This document shows, one piece after another, positions 1 to 8,836 of a DNA stretch of 53,367 nucleotides. The DNA comes from a virus (lineage: Duplodnaviria > Caudoviricetes), in IMG/VR virus record IMGVR_UViG_3300034158_000030, positions 1 to 53,367 of that record, one strand, 5' to 3'. The position numbers and the translations under genes are program-made. The stretch's first letter is position 1. Each line of letters starts with the position of its first letter. The notes under the pieces were generated by a model, which had not been told where the DNA came from, did not search any database, and saw only the letters and a program-made list of their open reading frames with translations.

Positions 1-182
1 GTCGCCTTGGCCGCCTTGGCGGCTCCTACGTCGCCCTCGTGGCAACTAACACATGCCGAATCGGCAACGGACGGAATGCTCGACTGATCGTAACCGTTAC
101 AGCCGGCCAGGTATCCGGCGTCGCAATCGCCGACGGTGGGTCAGGGTACAATCCAGAGACAATCATTCTCGAATTCGAGGAC
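1..182. repeat. Terminal direct repeat, copy 1 (circular-assembly overlap)
   Basis: Identical to 53186-53367 except C128 vs T53313 (synonymous ATC/ATT). Confidence 0.95.
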
Positions 183-1469
183 AGGTCGGCAGGCGGCAGC
201 GGGGCGACCGCTAAGTATACGGTTGACTCTACTGGCAAGATCACCAGCATTTACGACATCGTTGGCGGGTCTAACTACAGCGAAAACACCGAGGCAATGC
301 TTACTCAGCCGGAATCAACCTCGGCAGTTATCGCGTCCGAGCTCACGAACGTACACACCGGCAAAAACAACGGCGCCATGGCGACTGCCGGGTGCGAGGT
401 TTCTGGCTCCCAGTCTGCCGCAATTGCTTCCGACGCGAGCAAGGCTACAGCGGCCCGCGCATCGGTCATCAGCTCCATAGGGTCGACCGCAAGCGGACTG
501 GGGTCGGTTGTTCTGGGGGCTGTTAACTCCCAGTCAATCGCAGAAAGAGCGGTTGCTCTCGGTCGTAGAGTTATAGCAGATCTGCCTGGTTCATTCGTTA
601 TAGGTGAGGCCCTAGCGGGCGTCGCGGCGACTATCAACAAGGTTTTCCAGGTAACGTCTAACGGTAACGTGACGGCAAAGGGAACCTTTACCGGTAACAC
701 TATTTACGTCGACTACGCTGAGTTTTTTGAGAACCTTGTAAGCGGCGTTGCAATAGGTCTCGGCATTATCGTTACGCTTCGCGGCGGCAAGGTTTGCCCA
801 GCCCAGGAGAACGACTACATCCTTGGAGTGGTATCGGGAACAGCCCTGATCAGAGCTGGAGACAGCCCGCTGTACTGGGCTAAGCGCCACCTGACAGGTA
901 AGTTTGGTGAGCCGCTAATGGTTGATGTCCCCGTGGTCTCCTGGGATGGCGTCGCGCCATACGATGGGCCATTGAGCGCGGCCACCGCTGGCGGGGTGAA
1001 GATCCCTGGCGGCGCAAAGCGCTCACTGAAAAAAGTTCCAGTCGAGGCCGCGCTTTCTGGGAAGGTCTCAATGGCCCAGGTTGAATGGGTTAGCTGGAAG
1101 GGATACGAAGGGTTTGATGGTTCCGTGGCTTACTGCAAGAAGCTTGGGCTTAAGGTTCCGACTGGCGCCGTATACTCGACCGCCAAGGAGCACGTCGAGA
1201 ACCCAGACTTCGACCCGAGCATTCCGAATACACCTAGGTCTGACCGACCCGAGGACTGGAGCTGCGTCGGCGTTACCGGGCAGGTCCACGTTAGGGTATC
1301 GACTGATGACGTCGAGGCCTTCACGGGTCCAGGGGTAAGCGGTTATGTGAAGGTGATTGACGGGATAGGTTACCCGTCAGAAAAAGAAACCAGGCTCCGG
1401 TTCATGGTGGTGACGTCACCATTCAATGCCGATGACGGATTCGCGGTCGCTAAGTGCTTTATCCGGTAA
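1..1469 (+). CDS. Tailspike/receptor-binding protein, C-terminal part, with peptidase-G2-like autocleaving chaperone domain (continues from 52141)
   Basis: Same frame as the ORF starting at 52141 once the overlap is collapsed (about 837 aa). Shows SAVIAS/SAAIAS beta-helix-like repeats and the DYAEFFE...ILGVVS...NPDFDP...PRSDRPEDWSCVG motifs typical of phi29 gp12-type chaperones. Confidence 0.8.
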   Translation, partial: RLGRLGGSYVALVATNTCRIGNGRNARLIVTVTAGQVSGVAIADGGSGYNPETIILEFEDRSAGGSGATAKYTVDSTGKITSIYDIVGGSNYSENTEAMLTQPESTSAVIASELTNVHTGKNNGAMATAGCEVSGSQSAAIASDASKATAARASVISSIGSTASGLGSVVLGAVNSQSIAERAVALGRRVIADLPGSFVIGEALAGVAATINKVFQVTSNGNVTAKGTFTGNTIYVDYAEFFENLVSGVAIGLGIIVTLRGGKVCPAQENDYILGVVSGTALIRAGDSPLYWAKRHLTGKFGEPLMVDVPVVSWDGVAPYDGPLSAATAGGVKIPGGAKRSLKKVPVEAALSGKVSMAQVEWVSWKGYEGFDGSVAYCKKLGLKVPTGAVYSTAKEHVENPDFDPSIPNTPRSDRPEDWSCVGVTGQVHVRVSTDDVEAFTGPGVSGYVKVIDGIGYPSEKETRLRFMVVTSPFNADDGFAVAKCFIR

Positions 1470-1472
1470 AAC

Positions 1473-1499
1473 AAAACCCCTCACTTGAGGGGTTTTTTT
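1473..1499. terminator. Bidirectional intrinsic terminator
   Basis: aaaacccctca-ct-tgaggggttttttt hairpin between convergent genes. Confidence 0.85.
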
Positions 1500-1654
1500 A
1501 TGGCCTGATATTTCTTGCACTTTCCGCACCGAAGGAACCCGAGGGACTGGAAAAAGATAGCTCCAGACCCGTTTAGCTCGTGCTTGTGCTTGCAATGCCC
1601 CGTGTATGTCAAGTCGCTTGACTCGACAAGAGCCTTGAGCGATGGGATGCTCAT
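1481..1654 (-). CDS. Small Cys/His-rich hypothetical protein (57 aa)
   Basis: Hand-translated MSIPSLKALV...CKHKH...CGKCKKYQAIKKPLK; its ATG overlaps the stop of the upstream minus ORF. Confidence 0.5.
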   Translation of the reverse strand: MSIPSLKALVESSDLTYTGHCKHKHELNGSGAIFFQSLGFLRCGKCKKYQAIKKPLK

Positions 1655-1896
1655 TTTGCCGATTCTGCTACCGAGTGCTCGCGAATCTCAGCGTGGAGCT
1701 CAGCCCACTCCGCAACCTTGATGCCGCCACCAGCATATGCGCCCGTAGCAGTGCTGTAGGCGGTCGCATAGCAGCGCTCAGGCGTAGGGCCAGGATTCTC
1801 TCCAGCGGCGCCGGTGAAGTGCTTTGCGGCGTCTTTCAAGTGGTCCCGGACCATCTTCTGTACCAGTTGAAAGCCTGCAACTTGTTTTTGGGTCAT
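1651..1896 (-). CDS. Hypothetical protein
   Basis: ORF MTQKQVAGFQ... with a GGAG SD upstream of ATG 1896. Confidence 0.6.
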   Translation of the reverse strand: MTQKQVAGFQLVQKMVRDHLKDAAKHFTGAAGENPGPTPERCYATAYSTATGAYAGGGIKVAEWAELHAEIREHSVAESAK

Positions 1897-1981
1897 AATT
1901 GAAAATCTCCAGTGCGTTAGATTGCGCAATGGTATCAGCGGCAAGACCCAAGTAAAGATTTTTTTTAGGAGGCACAGCAAC

Positions 1982-2431
1982 ATGACGCCAAAGGAAGCGT
2001 TTCTAGGGACCATCGCATACAGCGAGGGTACGGATCACCCGAGGCAGAAGACGCGCAACAAGGGCTATGACGTCATCGTCGGGGGCGCGCTGTTTACCGA
2101 CTACAGCAAGCATCCTGGGGTTATGGTGAGCCTGCCTAGGCTCGGTATAAAGTCGACTGCGGCCGGTCGCTACCAGATCCTCAAGAAGTACGCAGACCAC
2201 TATATCGAGCAACTGCGCTTGTCTGACTTCGGTCCGGCCTCGCAAGACTTAATCGCCTGGCAGCTAATTGGCGAGTGCGGCGCGAAGGCTGACGTCCTGG
2301 CTGGGCGCTTCGAATCGGCTATCTACAAGTGCCGCAGTCGGTGGGCATCACTGCCTGGAGCAGGGTACGGCCAGCATGAGCACTCAATCACGAACTTGCG
2401 GAGGGTATACGATGAGCTCCTCAAAAAATAA
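1982..2431 (+). CDS. Endolysin, lambda R-type lytic transglycosylase
   Basis: AFLGTIAYSEG, GYDVIVGG, STAAGRYQIL and WASLPGAGYGQHE motifs; AGGAGG SD. Confidence 0.95.
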   Translation: MTPKEAFLGTIAYSEGTDHPRQKTRNKGYDVIVGGALFTDYSKHPGVMVSLPRLGIKSTAAGRYQILKKYADHYIEQLRLSDFGPASQDLIAWQLIGECGAKADVLAGRFESAIYKCRSRWASLPGAGYGQHEHSITNLRRVYDELLKK

Positions 2432-2525
2432 CTACAACGGGCAGAACGGAAACGGGTATCAGCCATTGCCCGGCAAATGTCCAGGCGATCCCGCACCGCC
2501 ACCAAGACAGAGGCGCAAGCGATGA
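2412..2525 (+). CDS. Small Pro-rich hypothetical peptide between endolysin and Rz
   Basis: MSSSKNNYNGQNGNGYQPLPG...PPPRQRRKR, overlapping both neighbours; GAGG SD. Confidence 0.4.
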   Translation: MSSSKNNYNGQNGNGYQPLPGKCPGDPAPPPRQRRKR

Positions 2526-2863
2526 ACCAAACAATCCTCGCCGCCATGCTCGTGGCGGCCTTCCTGGGCGGCTGGACGGCCTCTAACTGGCATACCGACT
2601 CGCTGGACCTTGTGGCCGAGAAAGCCGCCCAAAACGTAGCAGGCGCAGCCTCAGCCCATGAGCTGAAACAGGCCGAGATACTTCAAACCACTTTATCGAG
2701 GCTTAGAGCCAATGAAACGAAAATCATCCGCGAAAATGTCAAGCTGGTTGAAAGGCCTGTCTATCGCAATGTGTGCCTTGACGCTGACGGCCTGCGGCTC
2801 GCAAACGCCGCCAAGAACGGCACAGATCCAGGCGAGCCTGTTACTGGAGTGCCACAACCCTGA
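2522..2863 (+). CDS. Rz: i-spanin (Rz-like)
   Basis: N-terminal TM helix, coiled coil and VYRNVCLDADGLRLAN motif; lies after the endolysin. Confidence 0.85.
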   Translation: MNQTILAAMLVAAFLGGWTASNWHTDSLDLVAEKAAQNVAGAASAHELKQAEILQTTLSRLRANETKIIRENVKLVERPVYRNVCLDADGLRLANAAKNGTDPGEPVTGVPQP

Positions 2864-2996
2864 CGACATCACGGAGGTCGACGGCAAGGCCGCTCAGGAG
2901 TCCCTTACGGCCTGGGGCGCCGCGCTGCGCGAGTGCCGCGACCTCAATGCGGCGAAGGCTCGCTATATACGCAGTACCACCCCCTCGCAGCGCTAG
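2736..2996 (+). CDS. Rz1: o-spanin lipoprotein (Rz1-like)
   Basis: Overlaps Rz in another frame; lipobox LTAC; SLLLEC motif. Confidence 0.85.
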   Translation: MSSWLKGLSIAMCALTLTACGSQTPPRTAQIQASLLLECHNPDDITEVDGKAAQESLTAWGAALRECRDLNAAKARYIRSTTPSQR

Positions 2997-3195
2997 ACGA
3001 TCCGCGACGGTGCGGGGCGTTCTGGATCTGCCACGGGAACCCCGAGCAGCGGCAAGCGGCCTTTCGCCCTTCCCGTTTCGACTGGCGGTAAGTGTCGACC
3101 ACGTACAGGCCGCCGCACGGACAATGGGCGCCTAAAGGCTCTCGCTTGAACGTGCGGCGCGCACGACACCATCGGCACCTACTCTGCCAGATCAC
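2944..3195 (-). CDS. Cys-rich putative Zn-binding protein
   Basis: GTG start coupled to the upstream TGA; CRWC, CPCG, CRC and PHRRGS..C pattern. Confidence 0.6.
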   Translation of the reverse strand: MIWQSRCRWCRARRTFKREPLGAHCPCGGLYVVDTYRQSKREGRKAACRCSGFPWQIQNAPHRRGSSSAARGWYCVYSEPSPH

Positions 3196-3365
3196 GCCGC
3201 GAACCGCTCGACAAGATAGCCGACGAACGCGGAGTTGCCAGCCAGAATCACGAAAGAAGCCGCAGCGGCGCCGTAGTCTGTTTCCTGTAGCGCGGTCTGT
3301 ACGTTGCGCTCGTAAATGAAGACCGCCGACCACAGCGCCAGGCCGATAAAGAACCCGAGGATCAT
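3192..3365 (-). CDS. Small two-TM membrane protein (57 aa)
   Basis: Hand-translated MILGFFIGLALWSAVFIY...ASFVILAGNSAFVGYLVERFAA; ATGA coupling. Confidence 0.6.
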   Translation of the reverse strand: MILGFFIGLALWSAVFIYERNVQTALQETDYGAAAASFVILAGNSAFVGYLVERFAA

Positions 3366-3646
3366 AGGTCTATTCCCAGGCTTGATAGGTGATAGCGGAG
3401 CTTGCTGCGCTCATCAGGATTAAGAGATTTCAGGTACTCCGACCTGAGCTCGCCGGTCGTCTTCGAGCGGATGACGATGCGATCAGCCTTGCCGCCATCT
3501 ACAGTGGTGTGGCTTGAGGTGATCGCACCATGCTCGGTGACCATGTCATTGATGAGCTGAGCTAGGCCGCTTTTCCCTGTGCCGCTTTCGCCCTGGATCA
3601 GGACGGTTAGCGACTGGTCGGGCCGTGTAAGGTAAGTCGTGGGCAT
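3362..3646 (-). CDS. Small protein with a Walker-A motif
   Basis: TVLIQGESGTGKS; GGAG SD before ATG 3646. Confidence 0.65.
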   Translation of the reverse strand: MPTTYLTRPDQSLTVLIQGESGTGKSGLAQLINDMVTEHGAITSSHTTVDGGKADRIVIRSKTTGELRSEYLKSLNPDERSKLRYHLSSLGIDL

Positions 3647-3711
3647 TGCTTTAAACTCCATTGAGCGGTACGCAGAAAGCCCCTTTCGGGGCTTGGGGGT
3701 GAGCTATGAGC

Positions 3712-3975
3712 TTACATCCCGACCAGGGAGCCGAGGCGCTGGCGGTTCTCGGTATTGGCAACCGATGGCGGCGACTCAACTGCCACTACTGCGTGATCAG
3801 TCCACTCAGGGTTCCAGCCCTGGGTTACGCGCTTGTCGGCGCCCTCCTTGGATTTAAACATGCCCGAGATTACGCGCTTACCTTCAAACATACTGACGAC
3901 TACGTGAGTGATCCCAGTCTTTGCGGTTTTCTTGCTGATTGTTTCGCCGTTGAAGTTAACTGTCAGGGTGATCAT
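3712..3975 (-). CDS. Hypothetical early protein
   Basis: MITLTVNFNG...; directly downstream of the 39-bp repeated promoter; followed by a hairpin terminator at about 3676-3695. Confidence 0.65.
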   Translation of the reverse strand: MITLTVNFNGETISKKTAKTGITHVVVSMFEGKRVISGMFKSKEGADKRVTQGWNPEWTDHAVVAVESPPSVANTENRQRLGSLVGM

Positions 3976-4006
3976 GTCATTTACTCGTTGTTGGTTGGTG
4001 TGAGCC

Positions 4007-4045
4007 CATTCTGTCAATTCAGTTGACAGGCGTCAAGCGTTATTT
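4007..4045 (-). promoter_or_regulatory. Sigma70-like promoter with palindromic operator, copy 1
   Basis: TTGACG-N17-CAGAAT; 37/39 identical to 34280-34318; similar to 21574-21612. Confidence 0.75.
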
Positions 4046-4048
4046 TAA

Positions 4049-4333
4049 TTAAATCCAGCCTTCCCACTCAGGGTTAGGCGTGGTGCGGACGGGCTCGACC
4101 TGGACCTTGGGGCGCGGACCCAGCCGGCGCAGGCCGTGGACCCGGATAACCTCGGCTCGGACAAGGTTCCCGAGCTCCTCGGGCAATTCATCCATCATGG
4201 CAACCCGATGGCAGCGCAAGGACGCCAGAACCTCTACCGCCTTGTTGTAGATCCAAAAGTCGAGCTGAGACCGCACGCAATGCGATACGGGCTCAGCTCC
4301 GGCTATTACGGCCTCAAGCTGAGCCATGAACAT
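4049..4333 (-). CDS. Hypothetical protein
   Basis: ATG overlaps the VRR-NUC stop (TAATG); last gene of the replication operon. Confidence 0.65.
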   Translation of the reverse strand: MFMAQLEAVIAGAEPVSHCVRSQLDFWIYNKAVEVLASLRCHRVAMMDELPEELGNLVRAEVIRVHGLRRLGPRPKVQVEPVRTTPNPEWEGWI

Positions 4334-4749
4334 TAGGCGGCCTCCACCAGTACGCGCCATTCCTCGAAGGCCTCGAATGCAGCCTCCCACCCGAACGCGA
4401 TGCAGCAGAACGCCCCTTGTGCCTGCGCCTGGCGTAGGTACGGCTCCTGGCCTGGCTGGAGGTCGGAAAGGGTGCGGTCCTTGCGCTTGAGCTCACACAG
4501 GAACGCAGGATTGCCAGGGATTGCGATATCTGGCGCACCGGTCGCCATGCCCTCGGCCTTTTCCTTTTGCACCTGATTCGGGGTTTTCTTGCCCTCGTTT
4601 CGGGTGTGGACGGCTGTCAACCCGTAGGTATCAGGGTGAAGCTTGCGTATCTGGTTGAAAAAGGTCACTTGCTCGGCAGCCTCGCGGGGGCACTTCTTGT
4701 CGCGATATTCGAGGTTGCCATAGTGCCTTATGCCTTCTAGGGGTTTCAT
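4333..4749 (-). CDS. VRR-NUC domain nuclease
   Basis: EAAEQ...HTRNEG...GMATGAPDI...CELKR, a PD-(D/E)xK pattern. Confidence 0.85.
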   Translation of the reverse strand: MKPLEGIRHYGNLEYRDKKCPREAAEQVTFFNQIRKLHPDTYGLTAVHTRNEGKKTPNQVQKEKAEGMATGAPDIAIPGNPAFLCELKRKDRTLSDLQPGQEPYLRQAQAQGAFCCIAFGWEAAFEAFEEWRVLVEAA

Positions 4750-6587
4750 AGTCCGTCACTGTCCGCAGGTTGGTTGTAGTCAAACACTCGATACATTCCG
4801 CTGACCGAGTCCTTTTTGTAGGTTACCGTTTCCGGGTCCATTGTAAAGTTGTTTGTGGCTCGCTTATAGCGCTCCCACTCGGCAATCCTTGGCGTGCTAT
4901 TGCTCTCGTGCTGGTAGTAGATGGTAAACGTCCTGTAAGGCGTTACGAACGTTGTTACGCATTGCTTGTTACCCTTTTGGCTCTCGCCGTACCGGTTGGC
5001 AACCGAGAGGACCTCATCGCACTGGAGCTGTGTAGCGTCGCGCTTTTGTCGCTTGAAGTCGATTCGAAGCTTTTCGTTGGGGTCGATAATCTCGCCCTTG
5101 CAGGCCGTGCAGTACCTGGCCGCGATATCGTTGTCAGACTTGCAATTCTGGTCCGGGCACTCTTTCGACGACCAGCGGTATGAGCACTGGTATGAGAAGC
5201 CATCACGCGCCGGATGGAACGCTTGGCACCGTCGGCCGAAGTGGGCGGGCATTGGCAGCTTGATAGGCTTCTGCGTCGCCGGGTCAATCTCGGCTGTGTC
5301 GATCATGATCCTGTCGCCCTTCAAGTCGACAAAGTAGCCTTGAGCGTCAATGGCGTGGCCCTCATCGTTTTTCCGCGCCGAAAAGGTATTCTCGATTGAG
5401 CATTCTGGGCAGCACACGGTCATAGGCATGCCGGAGGTGCCACCCATACTCGCCTTGACGTCCGGCCGGAAAATGTCGCCGTCTGGACAGTGGCGCTCGA
5501 TGTTCTCCGCGTAGTCGAGAATCAAGACGTGATCCTTGCCCTCATACAGGCGCAAGCCACGGCCAATAATCTGCTGCATCAGGCCGATAGACTCGGTCGC
5601 CCTCAAGATCGCGATAACGTCGACGTGCGGCGCGTCAAACCCCGTCGTCAATACTGCGACGTTGACAAGGTACTTGATTTTTTGCGCCTTGAACTCGCGA
5701 ATGATCCGCTCGCGCTCTTTCTTGGGCGTGGCCCCGGTAACGATTGCCGACAGCTCAGGCGGCAGGGACCGCATGCACTCCTCAGCATGCTGGATCGTCG
5801 CAGCAAAGATCATCACGCCGCGCTTATTTCGCGACTGATACACAACGTCGGCGATGATCTGCGCGGTTACCCGGTTGTCACCCATAAAGGCCCGGTCGAT
5901 CTGGTCCTCAATGGCCTTTTTGGCTGCCGTGAAGTCAATCCCCGACGTGTCGTACCCGAGCGCGCCAAGGGCGCCCATTACCGGAGGCGTTAGGAATCCC
6001 AGCTCGATCAGCTCGGGAGCCGTGATGCTGTAGACCTTGCGCATAAAGTATGGGTCTTTGGCCTTGTTGTCGCCCATTACCTTGCCGTTTTCGTCCATGC
6101 GGTAGATGTAGCCGCTACCAAGGATGTACGGCGTACCCGTCAACCCGATGACGCGGACGTTAGGGTTTACCGAGCGGATGTCGTCGATGATCCCTCGAAC
6201 CGTAGCCGTCATACCCTGGGCCTCATCGACAACAACCACTGCGATCCTTGATCCGACCTGCTTTGCTACCGACTTGAACGAGCCGGGCGACGCAAAGATA
6301 ACCGGGTGACGCAGGTCCTTTCGGCCTGCGGATGCGCAATAGATCGACGCTGGCTCACCAGTCAGCAGAAACTTTTCATAGTTCTGCTCTACAAGCTCCT
6401 TGGAGGGCGCCAGGCACAGGACGTGCTTGCCGCTCATCTTGTTTACCTTGTTCGCGATATCGGCAACCAGGAGCGATTTGCCGGCCCCTGTAGCCGCCTC
6501 GATAAGGCACGGCTCCAGGGATTTGCGTATCTCGGCCAAAGCGGCGGTAACAGCATTGAGCTGATAGGGTCGCAGTGTGTAGTTCAT
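4746..6587 (-). CDS. SF2 DExx helicase (RadD/YejH-like) with Zn ribbons
   Basis: ATGAGKS, DEAQ, LTGTP, TTGFDAP and QIIGRGLR motifs; CxxC pairs. Confidence 0.93.
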   Translation of the reverse strand: MNYTLRPYQLNAVTAALAEIRKSLEPCLIEAATGAGKSLLVADIANKVNKMSGKHVLCLAPSKELVEQNYEKFLLTGEPASIYCASAGRKDLRHPVIFASPGSFKSVAKQVGSRIAVVVVDEAQGMTATVRGIIDDIRSVNPNVRVIGLTGTPYILGSGYIYRMDENGKVMGDNKAKDPYFMRKVYSITAPELIELGFLTPPVMGALGALGYDTSGIDFTAAKKAIEDQIDRAFMGDNRVTAQIIADVVYQSRNKRGVMIFAATIQHAEECMRSLPPELSAIVTGATPKKERERIIREFKAQKIKYLVNVAVLTTGFDAPHVDVIAILRATESIGLMQQIIGRGLRLYEGKDHVLILDYAENIERHCPDGDIFRPDVKASMGGTSGMPMTVCCPECSIENTFSARKNDEGHAIDAQGYFVDLKGDRIMIDTAEIDPATQKPIKLPMPAHFGRRCQAFHPARDGFSYQCSYRWSSKECPDQNCKSDNDIAARYCTACKGEIIDPNEKLRIDFKRQKRDATQLQCDEVLSVANRYGESQKGNKQCVTTFVTPYRTFTIYYQHESNSTPRIAEWERYKRATNNFTMDPETVTYKKDSVSGMYRVFDYNQPADSDGL

Positions 6588-7493
6588 TTAATCGAGGGTC
6601 CACTTAGTCGAGGGGCTACCACGATACGCCTCAAGGTCGGCGCCGGGAAGTAGTTTTTTGACTGCCGCAGAGTAAGAAATAGATCCGGCGGTTTCGATCC
6701 GCGTGAGGTTGCGACCGCAGATCGTCACCGACTTTTCGTCGGCCATTTTCTTGAGCTGTTCAAGGATTTCATCCTTTCGAGCCTTATGGTTCGTGATGTT
6801 CACCGACAGCTCATCGTATTCGGCGAGCAGCTTTTCTGCCAGGGTGTTTTTGATCTGCTTTCGCAACGGTTCTAGGTGCGCCTTGTCCTTGCATGCCTCT
6901 TTGTACTCGGCATAAAAGGCTTCGAGCTGCGGCATGCTGACCTCAATCCAGCGCAAGTCGAGCTCGACAATTTCAGCGCGCAGGGCCAGCACCGACCACT
7001 GCGCGAAAACGCCCCAGGTAAGGCCGGCATTCATCATTTCTATTTGCATCTGCGCAAAGTGGTGCGGCAGCTCGCTCATAGGCTTGAAGTCTTTCGGGCT
7101 GGAGGCGTCCCGCTGTCCGTATGGGAGGCGCAAGTACAGAAGCCCTGGCGTTGTCCTGTCCTTGCCGTTGATCGTCAGCGGGTGCGTGCTGAGGAGCTTG
7201 TGCGGCTTCTTGATGTCGGCGCGAGTAATGTTCCGCTTGAAGTGGTTTTCAAACTTGAGCTCAGCGGCTTCGCGGTACTGGTTGGCATACTCGGTCGCCA
7301 CGTTCTCGACGTATTCCGATTCTGCGCCATGGTACTCGCGGACCATCGACCGCAGCACCTGAGCGCGTTTCATGGTCTTGCTCACGCCCAGGATTGCCGC
7401 TACCTGGCCGCCAGTGATTCGGCCATGCTTCTTGCGCGGAGCTTTCGCCAGGGCCTCGGCCGTGGTTACCGGTCCAGTTGATTCGGTTGTCAT
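6588..7493 (-). CDS. YqaJ/lambda-exonuclease-like protein with an apparently degenerate active site
   Basis: GRITGGQVAAILG N-terminus, PHHFAQMQIEM and FAQW family motifs; the SPDG/EIKCP catalytic motif is not present. Confidence 0.75.
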   Translation of the reverse strand: MTTESTGPVTTAEALAKAPRKKHGRITGGQVAAILGVSKTMKRAQVLRSMVREYHGAESEYVENVATEYANQYREAAELKFENHFKRNITRADIKKPHKLLSTHPLTINGKDRTTPGLLYLRLPYGQRDASSPKDFKPMSELPHHFAQMQIEMMNAGLTWGVFAQWSVLALRAEIVELDLRWIEVSMPQLEAFYAEYKEACKDKAHLEPLRKQIKNTLAEKLLAEYDELSVNITNHKARKDEILEQLKKMADEKSVTICGRNLTRIETAGSISYSAAVKKLLPGADLEAYRGSPSTKWTLD

Positions 7494-7954
7494 TTTCCAG
7501 TGCTCCCCAGGCCATTAGCGCCGCGCTCCGTCTCCTTGAACCCTTCGGAGTCGGTCACGTCGACGAACTGGACCCGCTCGACCGGCACAAGCATTGCTTG
7601 CGCGATACGGTCACCACGGGAAACGCTTATCGGGTTGAAGTCATCCCGCGCCAGCTTTACAAGGACCTCGCCCGTGTAGTCAGAGTCGATCACGCCGACG
7701 CAATTCGCGAGCCGGACGTTGTCCTTGAAGGCCTGGCCGGATCGACTGAACACCAGCATTGCCCACCCCTCGGGAATGTCGAAGGCGAGGCCGGTATTGA
7801 TTCGCATGTTGTTGCTTCCTACGCCCTGAGTGACGTAGTCAGCAGGCTTGGCGGCGGCAGGGATATCGGCGTACAGGTCGAAACAGGCCGCGCCTGCGGT
7901 AGCGTAGGTTGGCTCTTGCGCGGTATCGGTCAAGCGCTTGTATTTGACTTGCAT
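7490..7954 (-). CDS. dut: Trimeric dUTPase
   Basis: AACFDL, SRSG, GVIDSDYTGE, RIAQ and RGANGLGSTG motifs. Confidence 0.95.
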   Translation of the reverse strand: MQVKYKRLTDTAQEPTYATAGAACFDLYADIPAAAKPADYVTQGVGSNNMRINTGLAFDIPEGWAMLVFSRSGQAFKDNVRLANCVGVIDSDYTGEVLVKLARDDFNPISVSRGDRIAQAMLVPVERVQFVDVTDSEGFKETERGANGLGSTGK

Positions 7955-8044
7955 TTTCTGTCTCTCCAGGCAAAAAGAAGGGCGCCAGGGGCGCCCGGTA
8001 GCAGGGTGAATCAAGGGTTAACCGGGTTAACCCTTGCGGGGGTC

Positions 8045-8779
8045 CTAGAACGGGATATCGTCGTCAAACGAATCGAAGTCGCTGGCGGCGGATTGCTGCT
8101 GCGGGCGCTGACCTTGCGGGGCTTGCTGTCGCGGAGCGGACTGCTGAGGCGCGGCGCGGTCGCCTGGAGCTGCGAGCATGTCCTTGTATTCTTTTTCGGT
8201 ACGCGCTACAGCGGCTTCCTGATCTTCTTTCGACATGTCGACGAAAGCAGTTTTCGGTGCGACCTTGCGGACCCAGTTGCCGCGCTTGTAGTCAGCCGGG
8301 TGCGGGATCTTCACGCCGTTATCGGTATCGAAGACGTAGACGCCCAGCTTGAGCATCATGGTTTTTCCGGTCAGGTTCTTTTGCAGGTCGGCGTCTGTCG
8401 GCGCCTGAGGCGATGACAGGAGCTTGCCGCCCGCGTTCGTGTCGATGACCGCGAACATACGCAGAGCCTTGGAGCGCTTCGCCTTGAACTTTTCATCGGT
8501 CAACTTGACGTTGTTGGCAGCGGTGCGGACCGGCTTGATATGCAGCTTCTGGAAAATGATGCGGTTCTTGTAGCAGGCCGGCGCCAGAGCTTGATACTTG
8601 ATGTTGATGTAGTCGCCTTCGGACTCGGCGCTTTCCCACTTGGCGTCCTGGATGCCCACACGGACCTCGGTGCCGTCCGGCATAGGCATGATGCCGCCAT
8701 TACCACCCTCGACCTCGATAGTGTCCTGCGCGCCAACAACTTCGCCGTCGTCCAATGCCCAAAAGTTTGCAGTAGTCAT
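8045..8779 (-). CDS. Phage single-stranded DNA-binding protein (DUF669-like)
   Basis: Q/P-rich linker, acidic DDDIPF tail; adjacent to the Sak4-like ATPase. Confidence 0.8.
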   Translation of the reverse strand: MTTANFWALDDGEVVGAQDTIEVEGGNGGIMPMPDGTEVRVGIQDAKWESAESEGDYINIKYQALAPACYKNRIIFQKLHIKPVRTAANNVKLTDEKFKAKRSKALRMFAVIDTNAGGKLLSSPQAPTDADLQKNLTGKTMMLKLGVYVFDTDNGVKIPHPADYKRGNWVRKVAPKTAFVDMSKEDQEAAVARTEKEYKDMLAAPGDRAAPQQSAPRQQAPQGQRPQQQSAASDFDSFDDDIPF

Positions 8780-8836
8780 GTAAGGTCAAATCCTCAAAAA
8801 ATTAATTTTAGTGCGTAAAGTGAATTGACAGCCCGA

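Noticed and set aside
4011-4029. LexA box (CTGT...ACAG)
   Set aside because: The spacer is 11 bp, not the required 8.
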